64,000 nt of DNA from positions 124,620,001-124,684,000 of the forward strand of contig NC_043000.1 in NCBI RefSeq assembly GCF_006345805.1. The letters run 5' to 3'. A program made the translations under genes and the position numbers. The notes under the pieces are model-generated. The model was not told the DNA's origin. It ran no database searches and saw only the letters and a list, made by a program, of their open reading frames with translations. Of the stretch, positions 38,693-52,149 are shown one piece after another. Origin of the DNA: Octopus sinensis. Taxonomy: Eukaryota. Numbering within the stretch: the first letter of the stretch is position 1; each line of letters opens with the position of its first letter.

Positions 38693-39072
38693 CGTTTAAT
38701 GCCCGCTTTCCATGCTAGCATGGGTTGGATGATTTGACTGAGGTCTGGTGAACCAGATGGCTGCACCAGGCTCCAATCTCATCTGGCAGAGTTTCTACAG
38801 CTGGATGCCCTTCCTAATGCCAACCAATCCGAGAGTGTCATGGGTGCTTTTACGTGCTACCGGCAAGGAAGCCAGTCAGCTGCTCTGGCAATAATCATGG
38901 TCGGATGGTGCTCTCAGCACTCCACTGGCATGAATGCCAGTCATCGAATTTGATTTGATTTCACTTGCCTCAACAGGTCTTTGCAAGCAGAGTTTAGTGT
39001 CAAATGAAGGAAATGTATACATAAGTAGGTTGGTTACACCCCTGGCATAGGCCACAGATTGTGGTCTCACTT
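38693..39072 (-). mobile_element. SINE family C including its 5' region
   Basis: Matches the 5341-5910 copy. Confidence 0.8.
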
Positions 39073-39074
39073 GG

Positions 39075-39119
<45 letters not shown>

Positions 39120-39839
39120 GATTGTCAGTTTTAATTTTAATGTGAACAGCTTAAAAGGAGAAATTTTGTATCAATGAACCAGGAGGAGTCTCATGGGGGT
39201 TGGTTTTGAAAGAGTTAAGAGAGACTATTTGGTAGCCATCTCCCATTAAATATAACAGAAAATTATATAAACAGAAAATGTTTATTTCATAAGTTGATCA
39301 CCACTTTCTTTTATATAATTATGTAATTTTTTAATATTATTTTTTCTTCATTTTCTAGCAGAGAATGCAATTCATTTGTGTTTACAACAAATTATGAAAA
39401 TGATTTGCTGTCAATACAGATGAATTTCACTACTTGCCAGGAAACCTTAGTGAAAAATAGATAAGTGGAGAACGTTTTCAGATAAAATGTCAGCTTTCTA
39501 GCCTAAAGATTTAATGGAGAATTAACACGAACAACACTTTTTAAATATAGTTGTATGAATCAATGCGTTGTTTGTCTTAAATGAATACCTTTCTTAAAAA
39601 CCAATGAATGTATACTTGTTTTAGTGATTTAATTTCTTGACCCTGTAAGAGTCTTTTAACTGAAAATTATTCATCCTTCAAAGTTGAAAAATAACAAAAA
39701 CAAGAACCAAACAAAGCATGATTGACCCCAGAAATAAATTTTGGCTATAAGACTTCTACTAGTTATGTATGCTCTAATCCATCTCTATCCATGCCCAGGA
39801 AAGATTAATGTCCATGGCTTAGAACCAGATCAAGCAGTA

Positions 39840-40062
39840 TGAGAGGGTTCTGAAAAGTTCTTGGCTTTAAAGGTATCATGAAAATCCTGGTTGGTGGTTC
39901 AATCTTCTGAGATTTTTAAAGGGCTTAGAAAAATTGAAAGACCACTGTAATATGTGTGTGAATCTACAAGGGAACATGTTGAATAGAATCATAACCAACT
40001 GATCCCCTGGTACTTCTTTTTTTTCCTTCACCCAAAGCCAGGAACTTCTCAGCACCCCTTTG
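39840..40062 (+). mobile_element. mariner-derived MITE
   Basis: TA|tgagagggttctgaaaagttc...ggaacttctcagcacccctttg|TA. Confidence 0.75.
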
Positions 40063-40239
40063 TATAATAGGATTTTAGCTTTGAAATTTTTGTTGCAATG
40101 AAATTCACATTCCTTGAATATCACATGGAATATGCAATGAAAGCTGTATAATGAATCTCGATTCACAGCTGACAGTGGCAGATCAAGCAATGCCCATGCT
40201 TGCTTAAGTCTGCTTGTATGGCTCTGAACATGAACTTAA

Positions 40240-40459
40240 CCCTTTCGTTACTGTATTTATTTTGAGATGCTCTGTGTTTCTTTCAATTACTTTAAATATA
40301 ACAAAGAATTTAGTAAAATAATTTAGTTATCATTAAACTAGTGTTAGGAACATAAATTGTGACTAAGGTTTGGTGGAAGATTTTAATTCAAAACTTTTGA
40401 AAACAAGACATTTGTACTCAGAGCCAGAGCTGGTTTCAGCCAAGTTGATAACGAAAGGG
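40240..40459 (-). mobile_element. piggyBac-like MITE
   Basis: TTAA|CCCTTTCG...CGAAAGGG|TTAA. Confidence 0.8.
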
Positions 40460-40923
40460 TTAAGACTAGCTTTCTGCTACAGTCTAGGTTTGACCTCTAT
40501 ATCCCTGAGAAACTGGTAAGATGAGTTGGTTAAAATAAGCTGATAAAACCCCAACTAATTTTGACAATGAGCTCAGTTGTTCAATCAATAAATGTCTGAC
40601 TCATTTAATTAATGATGATAATGACAATGTTGATGATGGCAGCAGTAGCATATGTGGGTGAGTATTTCACAGACAAGTATGCTTTTAATGTAATTCTCAA
40701 GTGAAACCAAAATGGCACAATATGCGACAAGGATGGACCTTTGAATAATCAGGGAGATTAGGGAGTCTCCCCAGGTTGAGTTGTTACTCACTTGCATTGA
40801 GGGGTCACAGCTCTGGTATGATGAACATATGATTAAAATGTGATGGGAAAGAATCACAAAATAGATTCTTCAAGCCAAGCCAACTGACAGAAAACTTTGG
40901 GGGTAGACCAAGAATGAAATGAT

Positions 40924-41321
40924 AGGAGTGGCTGTGTGGTAAGTAGCTTGCTTATAAGCCACATGGTTCCGGGTTCAGTCCCACTGCGTGGCACCTTGGG
41001 CAAGTGTCTTCTACTATTGCCTCGGGTTGACCAAAGCCTTGTGAGTGGATTTGGTAGACGGAAACTGAAAGAAGCCTGTTGTATATATGTCTCTATATAT
41101 GTATGTGTGTGTATGTGTTTGTGTGTCTGTGTTTGTCCCCCCAACATCACTTGATAACCGATGCTGGTGTGTTTACGTCCCTGTAACTTAGCGGTTTGGC
41201 AAAAGAGACCGATAGAATAAGTACTAGGCTTACAAAGAATAAGTCCTGGGGTCGATTTGCTTGACTAAAGGTGGTGCTCCAGCATGGCAACAGTCAAATG
41301 ACTGAAACAACTAAAAGAGTA
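40924..41321 (+). mobile_element. SINE family A inserted in an RTE-like 3' fragment
   Basis: Flanks (40865-40923 and 41322-41468) join to match the uninterrupted copy at about 42215-42388. Confidence 0.8.
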
Positions 41322-41811
41322 TCCATAGTCTCAGTTAGTCACACTTGAGAATCCAGCAGGAAAATATAATGATGGCTGCTTCTGATAGGACCCTACTGAA
41401 GAAGTACCTGAAGACTCTACCCCCAAAGTCCCTCCCAGAAATAGTGAACAGAGATAATGGAAGGATGGATCCTTTGATAGACTTCCTTTCAGTTTCTATC
41501 TACTAAATTTCACTTACAAAATATTGGTTAAACTGAGGTCATGATAAAGACATTTGCTCAAGATGCCATGTAATGGATTCAAACCCAAGACTTCATAGTT
41601 GTGAAGCACCCAGCCAGGCTCTTGTCCACATTTAAATTGCTAAATAAAAGGCATCTATCATCTATAGCATCTCAGGCCACAAAAGGTCTTAAAGATATCC
41701 TCCATATTGACAAGACTCAAAGGATTGCTGAAACTCATTGCTCGTCACAAAGATTGTTAGCATTGAAGGTGGTTTGCATAATTATTAGAACAATTATGGT
41801 GTATCTGGAGA

Positions 41812-42068
41812 AGGTGTGTGGCTTCATGGTTAGAGCATTTGGCTCAGACTTGTAAGATCATGAGTTTGATGCCTTGTGTCCTTGCACAAGACACTTTATT
41901 TCATGGTGCTCCATTCCACTCATCTGGCAAAAATGAGTAGTGCCTGTATTTCAAAGGGCCAGCCTTCACACATTCTGTATCATGTTGAATCTCTTTGAGA
42001 ACTACATCAAGGGTACATGTATCTGTGGAATGCTCAGCCACTTGCATGTTAATTTCACAAATAGGTCT
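41812..42068 (+). mobile_element. tRNA-derived SINE, family D
   Basis: tRNA-like head plus caagacactttatttca...ctgagaactac...gctcagccacttgca. Reverse-complement copy at 59775-60100. Confidence 0.7.
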
Positions 42069-44370
42069 CAGTAAAAGCATCCATAGGCCAGATCTTCCTC
42101 CTGCTTTAAAGCCCAACCCAATGCATGGGTTGGATGGTTTGACAGGAGCTGGCAAGGCCAGGAGCTGTACCAGGTTCTGGTGTCTCTTTTGGAATAGTTT
42201 CTACAGCCGAATAGATTTTTCAAGCCAAGCCAACTGGCAGAAAACCTTGGGGGTAGACCAAGAATGAAATGATTGATCAATATCCATAGTCTCATTTAGT
42301 CACACTTGAGAATCCAGCAGGACCCTACTGAAGACTCTACCCTCAATGTCCCTGCCAGAAATAGTGGACAGAGATAATGGATGGATGGATGACCTTCCTA
42401 ACATCAGCCACTTTACAGAGTGTACTGGGTGCTTTTTATGTGGCACCAGCACAAGTGTTTTTTATATGGCCCCAGCACTGGTGCTTTTTACATGGCACTA
42501 GCACCAACAAGGTTAACAAGTACCTTGCAAAAAAGAAAGAAAGAAATGGTGATGCTAAACTAAATGATGGATTAAACTTTAAGCCTACTGTTTAAAAACA
42601 GAAATGGTTCTTTTGAAAAGCTTCTACAGAATCTACTATCAACCAAATTTCATTCACAAGGAATAGTTAAACCTGAGGCCACAACAGAAAACCCTTGCTT
42701 TTGATGCCACTCAGAGGGATTGAACTTAGAACAGAGTAGATGTAAAGTAAAACTCTTGTCTATAGAACTACATCCATTTGATGTATCTGTTAGACCGCTG
42801 AACCATGCCAGTTTGTTATAGCTGTCAGTTCTAAACAGTAATATGGGTTTTAGAGAGTTAGTTTAGAGAAAAGCAGATATTAAGGAATCATTAATTACAG
42901 TGGCAGCCATTATTTTTGTTTCATGATTTTAAAACATGGAAACATGAATAAATACTCTTTTACAAGTTTTAAAATCATCTAATGACATCTGAATTAATAT
43001 GGCAACTTAGTAACTTGGTATTGATACTGTACTTTGGTCATAAAAGTGGGTAGCTTTAAATGTTATCTGCTTTCAATAATTAGCTTGATGCGGCGAGAGT
43101 TTCCAACTATTTGGTTATAAAATATATCGTATGAGTGACATGGCTTATATATTATGACATAACACACAAACTATTTCAATACTGCTTAGTAATTTTGGAC
43201 ATCAGCATATATGATGACTATGTTGTATACTTAGCGTATTATGTATTCTCCAAAGCACAAATTGCTGTTTCAACATCTTGTTTCTAAAGTGTTCATGTCA
43301 CAGTTATTTTTTTATGTTATAGAAGGCAGGCAATTACCATGATGTAATATTTCCATGAAGTTCTCATACTTCATATCAAATATTTTTTCGTGTGTGTGAT
43401 ATAGTTTAAATGCTCTAGTTATGGCAAAGGAGACATACTGTGGCATTTCATAGATCAACACTGATATCAGTAACATATCGCATATCAATACCACTATCAG
43501 TAATCTATTATGTAACAATAATTGTATGTATCAGTAGTGTTTTATATCCATAACATATGTAACAACATCAGTACTGTATCATTAAATAAACTGTTGATCT
43601 TCTCTTTGGTTCAGGATTCTGCCTGAAATGTTAAACTTCTCTTCCACATGGCAAAATGATTTACTTCCCTTTGAAGTGATGGTATGTGCTCTAGTGATTT
43701 GGATGTTGCACACACGATTGTCAGATCGTGGGTTCAATTCCCAGACCAGGCAGCATTTTGTATTCTTGAGCAAAACACTTCATTTCATATTGTTCTAGTG
43801 CTGTGTAGAGACAGGCATGTCAAAGGATACTAAATGTTTCCTCTGCATGTCATAAAAGGTTACTAAAAGAGATCGATAGTAAGTTAGAAGAGTCATTGAA
43901 GGAATTTCTATGTAATTGCTTATTCTGCAAGAAATAGGAGCCATTATCTCCCTAAAATTACACTTCACTGTCATGAAAAGAAAAAAGAATCATATGATAA
44001 AGGTATGGGTGTACCATATCTGGAAGAACGATGGAGTAGTCATGACTTGAATGTCTTTGATCATAGGTCTATTCAAACAAGGATGACTTGGGCAAAACAA
44101 CAATATGGTTAAGTCAGTGATAATATATTTAAAGAAGAGAGCATTAAAAAGCTAACTAGAAATAATTTTGTGGCAAGGAAAAGATAATGGTAGTGAATGA
44201 CCTGTTTTATCTTAATTATCCCAGCAAGCATGGGAGAAAAATCTTGGCATGTTTCAGTCTTAGACTTTTTAGCAAAGTATAGACTTTACTCAGATCATCA
44301 TCCACGAGGAAAACAATAGCTAAATAATATTAACATATTTAATGTAGTATGTGTTAACTAGCTTACCAGC

Positions 44371-44752
44371 TGTTTGTGACATATTTTAACTTCTAAATGT
44401 AAATTCACTGCAGTTACCATGGCAGAAAAATTCTCTCTTATGGTGAAAAGTGTAAAAATACCATATCTCCCCAGTGCTTCCCTCTAGTGGATTCCCAGAC
44501 ACTAAGGCTTTCAGTTAAAGCTATAGTTATGAATCTGCCCAGAAGCTATAGTTATGAATCTGCCCGGGGTTATCTCTCTTCAGCATTTCCCATTGAAGAA
44601 GGAGAAAGAGCCAGAAATGTACATCTGGGTATCTGCTAGAATGAAGCACTGGGTAGATATATTTTTACCCCTTTTGCCATAAGACAGATTCCTTTTTCCC
44701 CCATGGTAACTGCAGTGAATTTGCCTTTAGAAGTTAAAATATGTCACAAACA
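44371..44752. mobile_element. MITE with ~130-bp TIRs, superfamily unassigned
   Basis: tgtttgtgacatattttaacttctaaa...ttcactgcagttaccatgg is mirrored at the right end. Internal 23-bp motif aagctatagttatgaatctgccc occurs twice. Confidence 0.7.
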
Positions 44753-45059
44753 TATTTTAACTAACCTAAAATTCATTTATTTTTGTAAGTTTTGTGCAAA
44801 TTAGATGGCTGTTAAAAGTGCAGCTATTTTAGTTGTTGAAACCACACTCTCTCTGGTCACAATCCTGGTTACGCCCATGTGTGTATCTACAATAATTACA
44901 TCAACATTATGTTTTGATTAGTTTCATCTCTAATAAGCATATATTGCTTTATTTCCAGATGTATCTCAGATGAGAATATTTCTATATTAAGGGTAGTAAT
45001 GGTCTTATGCCATTCATTATATGATTGAATTTTGTTTCTTACCCATATCATCATCATCA

Positions 45060-45365
45060 TCGCTTAACGTCCGTTTTCCATGCTAGCATGGGTTGGACGG
45101 TTCGACCGGGGTCTGGGAAGCCAGAAGGCTGCACCAGGCTCCAGTCTGATCTGGTAGTGTTTCTACAGCTGGATGCCCTTCCTAATGCCAACCACTCCGT
45201 GAGTGTAGTGGGTGCTTTTTACGTGCCACTGGTACAGGGGCCAGAGGAGGCTTGTAAATGGCCACAATCAGTTGATGCTTTTACATGTCACCGACATGGA
45301 TGCCAGTCAGGGGGCGCTGGCATCAGCCACATTTGGACGGTGCTTTTACGTGTCATCGGCATGGG
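45060..45365 (-). mobile_element. SINE family C
   Basis: Family motifs; adjacent (CAT)n. Confidence 0.8.
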
Positions 45366-45984
45366 TATCTTAAAACTACAATTTTCATTTGATTGCAGTA
45401 GCATAGCTATAGTTAGGGGCAATGAGAATGATATACCCCACGTGATGCTTATATGGAAGTCATACTTTTGGGTCTGCTGGAAAAACCTATATAGAGGGTA
45501 GGGACAGAGAAGGGGTTGCAAATTGAAGGGCTGCTTGAGTGGCACATACTTTAACTATGTCATTGTGAAAGTGTTAAGAATTCAGGAATGAAGCTTGAAA
45601 CGTACTGTATTCTTGACTATGGAAGAACTTTCAAAAACCTCCATCATCTTTCAGCTAGATTAATAAACATATCAGAAGAAACATTAATGGTGGAAGATCT
45701 ACTTTTAACTTAGAGGATGATGTGGTTATTGCTCATAGTTTAGAAATAAAGGTTCCTTGTTTGAGTCCAGTCAAAGGTGATTTATTCATATAGAAATAAG
45801 ACACCTAATGATGATTAAAGATCAAAAGACATTGAAAATGATGATATTGTAAATGGGCTCTTAAAAAGTCAGTAATCCAGAAAATTCTAATTTATCAACA
45901 ACTCACCTTAGACATTTAGACCCGCTTAATAGCAAGATGATGATGATGTGGTTCTGAATGTAAATCACTGTTACCACCACCACC

Positions 45985-46322
45985 ACCACCACCACCACCA
46001 CCACCACCACCACCACAACTTCACCACCACCACCACTACCAGCAGCAGCACCAGCACCAGCACCACCACCAGCACCACCACTGCCACCTCCAGCACCACC
46101 GCCAGCACCACCGCCGCCGTCACTGCCACCACCACTACCACCAAAACCACCACCACCACCACCACCACACCACCACCACCACCACCACCACCACCACCAC
46201 AACTTCACCACCATAACCATCACCACCACCACTGTTACTGCCACTACCACTGCCACTACCACTGCTACCCCCTCAAACACCACTAAAACCATGACAAAAA
46301 TGGTCATCATTACCACCACCAC
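45985..46322. repeat. (CAC)n-based trinucleotide microsatellite
   Basis: Read directly. Confidence 0.9.
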
Positions 46323-46662
46323 CAACCTGCCCCTTCTTCCTCTTCATGATAATTATACATCTGTTTTTCCATGCTAGAATGGGTTGTAAATGTCACACAT
46401 CTCACCAATTGTTGTAGGCCTTTATCATCTGGCACATACAACAAACTGTCTGATTCTGTTGTTATGTATGGAACATCATTTCAGGCATGGTTTTGTTTTT
46501 ATGGATTCATGCACCCCACATTACCAGTCATTTTACAATGTGCACAGAATGCATTTGCTCATAACACTGGCCTCAGAGAGATGTTTGCCAACGAGATCAA
46601 AGCAACCCCTTTTTTTTCTTATGATGTTCCTGTTGTTCTTTTTTTTTTCTAGGTATATTATT

Positions 46663-47091
46663 TTACTCTTTTAACTCTTTTACTTGTTTCAGTCATTTGG
46701 CTGTGGCCATGCTGGAGCACTGCCTTTAGTTGAGCAAATCGACCCCAGGACTTATTCTTTGTAAGCCAAGTACTTATTCTATCAGTATCTTTTGCCGATT
46801 TTGCTAAGTTACGGGAACGCAAACGCACCAGCATCGGTTGTCAAGCGATGTTGGTGGGGACAAACACAGACACACAGACATATATACACACATACATATA
46901 TATATACATATATATATACATATATACGACGGACTTCTTTCAGTTTCTGTCTACCAAATCCACTCACAAGGCTTTGGTCAGCCTGAGGCTATAGTAGAAG
47001 ACACTTGACCAAGGTGCCACGCAGTGAGACTGAACCCGGAACCATGTTGTTTGTAAGCAAGCTACTTACCACACAGACACTCCTGCACCTA
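46663..47091 (-). mobile_element. SINE family A
   Basis: Full match. Confidence 0.85.
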
Positions 47092-47261
47092 TAGTATTCT
47101 TTTTACAGCTTTATTCTCTTATCACCAACTAGTAGTTTACAGTAGGGACTTGGTGCATTTTATCATGTGACCTGTATTAGAAGGTTGACCTCTGACAAGT
47201 CTAAAGACTCTCTTCTACCACAAACTGTTTATCATCATTCCTCTTCTAAGTGTATGTTTTT

Positions 47262-47745
47262 GTAGTGCTGGACATGCTGGTGCAGTTGTGGACCCACTGG
47301 ACAACGGAGTTTGATGCTACTGATATCTGAGCAGAAGGACAAAGATTTGGGTCTTCAGGTCTCTGGTCGTTCCTGTCTTGCTCTCCATTTCTGAGACTTG
47401 GACTCTGTCTGAGGCCCTTAAGAGATACCTGAACTCCTTTTGTACCAGGACACTTTGTGGGATTATGGGTTACAACTAATCAGATTTCATAACCAACCAA
47501 CAGTTACTATACTCACAAACTGGGGTGCACCTTGCTGTTTGTATTACTTGGGAGCATCTGCTCACCCTGTTTGGTCATGTTGTTTGATTTTCTATGCTGG
47601 ATCATGTGTATTGTTAACTCTTCTCTAAGAATCTGGCTATGGCAACAGCTTGCATTGTGCCACATGGTCACAGTGGATGAGGAAGTATCTTGCAGAGAAG
47701 GGGACTTACTGGGACATTGGCTGGAGGGTTGCTTGAGATGAACCA
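47262..47745 (+). mobile_element. RTE-clade LINE RT C-terminal fragment
   Basis: LSRRTKIWVFRSLVVPVLLSISETWTL...GIMGYN*SDFITN...LFGHVV*, matching the RTE 'PVLLYG.ETWTL...WxDFVSN...FGHVAR' pattern. Confidence 0.8.
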
Positions 47746-48072
47746 AAACAAATACCAATAAATGCATCTGGCAGTGCATTGAAACAGTGCATGCTCCCAT
47801 ACCTGACCTGACCCGACCATTTTTTAGTTGGTTGCTCTTCCTATCACTAAATCCATGAATGGACTAAGTGAATTTTCTCATGTAGACAGGTAGACCTCTT
47901 AAAGAAGCCTTCCTAGCTCAAGTTGTTTGCATTTGCTCTTTTAAAGCATGTTTTCACAGTTAGTTGCCCTTCCCACCACCAAATGCTTCATAGAATGGAC
48001 TAGGTACATTTTATCATACCATCAGCATTAGAAAGACTGTCACTGGCAACACTAAAGAGTTGTCATTTCCTA

Positions 48073-48107
<35 letters not shown>

Positions 48108-48126
48108 ACATCATCATCATCATCAT

Positions 48127-48440
48127 CGTTTAACGCCCGCTTTCCATACTAGCATAGGTTGGATGATTTGACTGAGGACTGGCAAACCAGATGGCTGCAC
48201 CAGGCTCCAATTTTGATCTGGCAGGGTTTCTACAGCTTGATGCACTTCCTAACACCAACCACTCCGAGAGTGTAGTGGGTGCTTTTACGTGCCACCGGCA
48301 CAAGGGCCAGTCAGGCGGTACTGGCAACGGCCACACCCAAATGGTGTTTTTTTTTTTACGTGCCACCTGCACACCGGCACAAGTGCCAGTAAGGCAACGC
48401 TGCTAATGATCATGCTCAAATGGTGCTTTTTACGTACCAC
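48127..48440 (-). mobile_element. SINE family C
   Basis: Family motifs. Confidence 0.8.
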
Positions 48441-48750
48441 CTACATTGTATCTATTTATTTCTATGTTATATTATAAATGTCTGTATAAGGTGGTGAGCA
48501 GACAGAATTGTTGGCATGCTGAGCCAAATGCTAAGCAGTTCAATTTCTGCCAAGGTCAACTTTACTTTTCACCTTTTTGGGAGTTGATAAAAATAAAAGG
48601 ACCAGTTGAGTCCAAGGGTCGGTGTAATCAACTTACTTCCTCCTCCAAAATTGCTGGCCTTGTGTCAAAATTTTGAGACTAATATTGTAAATGTCTGTCT
48701 AGTGTTGAATCAACAACACTGTTGCAATAAACAACATTATTCCTTTTTAA

Positions 48751-48970
48751 TCCTTTTGTTACCAACCTGGCTGAAACCAGCTCTGGCTCTGAGTACAAAT
48801 GTCTTGTTTTCATAAGTTTTGAATTAAAATCTTCCACCAAACCTTAGTCACAATTTATGTTCCTAACACTAACTTAATGACAACTAAGTTATTTTACTAA
48901 ATTCTGAGTTGTATTTAAAGTAATTGAAAGAAACACAGAACATCTCAAAATAAATACAGTAATGAAAGGG
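48751..48970 (+). mobile_element. piggyBac-like MITE
   Basis: TTAA-flanked; same family as 7879. Confidence 0.75.
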
Positions 48971-49889
48971 TTAATGTTATAAATGTCTGTCTTGTGTTGA
49001 TTAAGAAACAAAACTGTTATATTGCTAAATAAACTGTTATTTTGCTGTATTACATTACTATAATATACATCTATATGATTATTATGAAATTGTTATTATG
49101 AAGTTGTTATGACATGACAAATATGTTACATTTGTGATAATGTTTAAAATGGCTGTTTATTTTGCAGAATAACTTTGTAACAGATTCCAGACAAGATTTT
49201 TGTTTTAATGACATAATTTTCTAAAAGCATTATTAATGTTATTAATATTAGAAGTGCTTGAATCATAGCTGTATCCATAATTGCTGCAATTATAATTAAA
49301 AACAAAAACAAAGTATTGCGATGTTATTATTTTTGAGTAATAAAATTACTAAGTGAATATATTTTATATTTAAGTACATCACAAACATTTATAATACAAA
49401 CCAATCCGGTTAACATTAATTGTAATAATGTAACTTCAATAATTAATTTAGCATTGATTTAAGCCGAATAATCTATGTCCATTTACTAAATTCTTTGAAA
49501 CAGCAGCTGGTTTTCATGTGAAAATATTGTATTCTATGCCTACTCCATAATTTTCGTTATAGACTCAGTACTGAATAATATATGTAGTGCCTTCCTGTCA
49601 TAATTATGTGGAATCTTGTATGAAGATATTCAGCTGCAACCTCATACTGACCAATGATTTGTCAAAGGAATTTGGTAAGTGGAAACTGTGTCAAAACTTG
49701 TGAAAGAGACCCTTCCTATTCAACAGTGATAGACTTCATCTGTCAACCTAGGTTAACACTATCACTTGGCCCTTGGATGCCTTTAGCTGGGTCTGTTGCA
49801 AGCATTTCAGCCAGGTCTGAAATTTAATGACAAAGTGCCTCTATTCCTTCCACCAGATTTGGAATCTCTGATAAAGGTCATAGGCATGT

Positions 49890-50165
49890 CTCACCATATA
49901 AAAGCACCCATGTGGTGCCACGTAAAAGCACCCATGTGGTGCCATGTTAAAGCATCCGTGTGGTACAATGTAAAAGTTCCCATGTGGTGCCATGTAGAAG
50001 CACCCAACACACTCTGTAAAGTGGTTGGCATAAGAAAGGGTATCCAGCCATGGAAACCATGCCAAATCAGACTGGAGTTCGGTACAGCGCAACCCCAGCT
50101 TGTCAGCTCTGGTCAAACTGTCCAACTCATGCCAGCATGAAGAATGGATATTTTATGATGATGAT
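49890..50165 (+). mobile_element. SINE family C with four internal 24-bp tandem units
   Basis: aaaagcacccatgtggtgccacgt and three variants precede the standard core. Confidence 0.75.
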
Positions 50166-50295
50166 AATGATAATGATGATGAAAATAATACATAAATAGA
50201 TTGGAATTTTGTTTCATAAGCATGGCCGTGTGGTTGAGAAGCTTATTTACCAACCATGTGGTCTCGGGTTCTGTCTTGTTGCATGGTACCTTGTA

Positions 50296-50860
50296 TTAGG
50301 TTGTCCGGAAAGTTCATGCCAATTTTTAAAGGAAAGAAAAAGGTCAGTAAATACTTGCCATTACATTTTTAATCAACCAGATATGAACCATTTTGTTGCA
50401 CAATGCATCTCCAACTTTCCTTTAACTTGAAAATACCCACATTCCAGAATTGAGGTGGTTTCATAGCAAAGAATTCATCAAAGTATCTTTTTACGTCATC
50501 CAAGAAATTGAAATTTTTATCATTAAGACTATTCTGAAGAGACCTGAATAAGTGGAAATCTGAAGGAGCAATATCTGGTCAATATGGAGGGTGGGAAACG
50601 CATCCTAGCCGAGCTGCAGCAATTTTTGTCAGGTTTCCAAAGAATCAAGTGCTGAAAATGAACTTTCTTATCTTCCATTTTAAAGGGTTACAGAATTAAC
50701 ACAGGTTATAGGAACATAAACCTTCTTCCACGAAAAGATAGCTTAAACTGTGCTCTAAATGGAGGTGTAGTCAAATCCTATTTTATGGACTCAACCGTGT
50801 TCTAAAATAAGTTGAAAGGTAAGCTACTATAAATCGGCATGAACTTTCTGGACAACCCAA
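50296..50860 (-). mobile_element. Internally deleted mariner (DD34D) element inserted into a SINE A
   Basis: TA|TTAGGTTGTCCGGAAAGTTCATGCC...GGCATGAACTTTCTGGACAACCCAA|TA. Minus strand encodes PDIAPSDFHLFRSLQNSL...WRCIVQQNGSY. Confidence 0.9.
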
Positions 50861-51159
50861 TACAAATATCATCTGCTATAGCCCTGGGCTAATCAAAGTC
50901 TTGTGAGTGAATTTCTTAGATGGAAACTGGATCCCTTGTCTTGACATTATGTGATGCTTACAAACAAGCATCACCAGTATACAAGTGATGCTGTTCATTT
51001 TTAGTCTTCTGTGTAAAACATTACCAATGGTTGTGGGAAAATATTAGTGTGCTTGGAAACAGGTGAGGGTTTGCAACAGGAAGGGCATCCAGCAATAGAA
51101 AATCCACCCCTACAAATTTTATCTGATCCATGCAAACATGGAAAAGAGGATGTTAAAAT

Positions 51160-51555
51160 AATGATGATGACGACGATGATGATGATGATGATGATGAGGG
51201 TAATGATGATGATGATGGTGATGATGATGATGAGGATAATGATGAAGATGATGATGACGATAACAATGATATTGATGAGAATAATGATGGAGATGATGAT
51301 GATGATGATGATGACGACGATGACGATGATGATGATGATGATGATGGTAATGATGATGGGGAAGGTGATGATGATAATGAGGATAATGATGAAGATGATG
51401 ATGATGATAACAATGATATTGATGAGAATAATGAAGATGATGATGATGATAATGACAATGATGATGATGATGAAGAGGATGAAGAAGATGATGATGATGA
51501 TGATGATAATGACAATGAGGATGATGATGAAGATGATGAAGAAGATGATGATGAC
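51160..51555. repeat. (GAT)n-based compound microsatellite with an internally duplicated block
   Basis: gaggataatgatgaagatgatgatga(c/t)gataacaatgatattgatgagaataatga occurs twice. Confidence 0.9.
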
Positions 51556-52149
51556 TCCATACAAATGCTAAGAATTAACACCCGAGGCTTGTAATAAGCA
51601 GTTTTCATGGTGGAAGACCCTCTTTGAGCCACCAACTCTTTTATATTACGTCAGTAAAATAAATCAGTTAACTAAAACAGAATCTAAAGGGAGATTTCCA
51701 GACTTTTCTTCAGATATTTCAAATGAATAACAACTTAACTTTTAGTCAACTTTAGTTCAGTCTTGGCTTCTTCATCTTGCTGGCTTCTTAGTTACAAGCA
51801 CACTAATTTTAACTATTAACACAAGCTTAATTACTTATAAAATTGTACTTTGTGCATCAACAACATCAGCAGCATTATGTGCATAATCATTATAGACACA
51901 TATCACTACCACTACTACTGTCTCCAGCACTACCACCACCACTACCATCAAACCCCACCTTCTACCATTACCACTTTCTATTATCCCCTATAGTAAAGTT
52001 TGATTGTTTCTGAAAGCAAATTCTTTGAAAAACTTGCATTAACTTTTAATAAAGTCTGAAGTTTTGCATTATTGGTTGTTATTGTCATTGATTTTGCTGT
52101 TGTTTTGAGTTCCCATCGCTTCTGTTCAATCTGACCAATGATGCAAGGG

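Noticed and set aside
38930-39072. HDV-like ribozyme at the 5' end of SINE C
   Set aside because: I could not find a P1 complement or the nested double pseudoknot.
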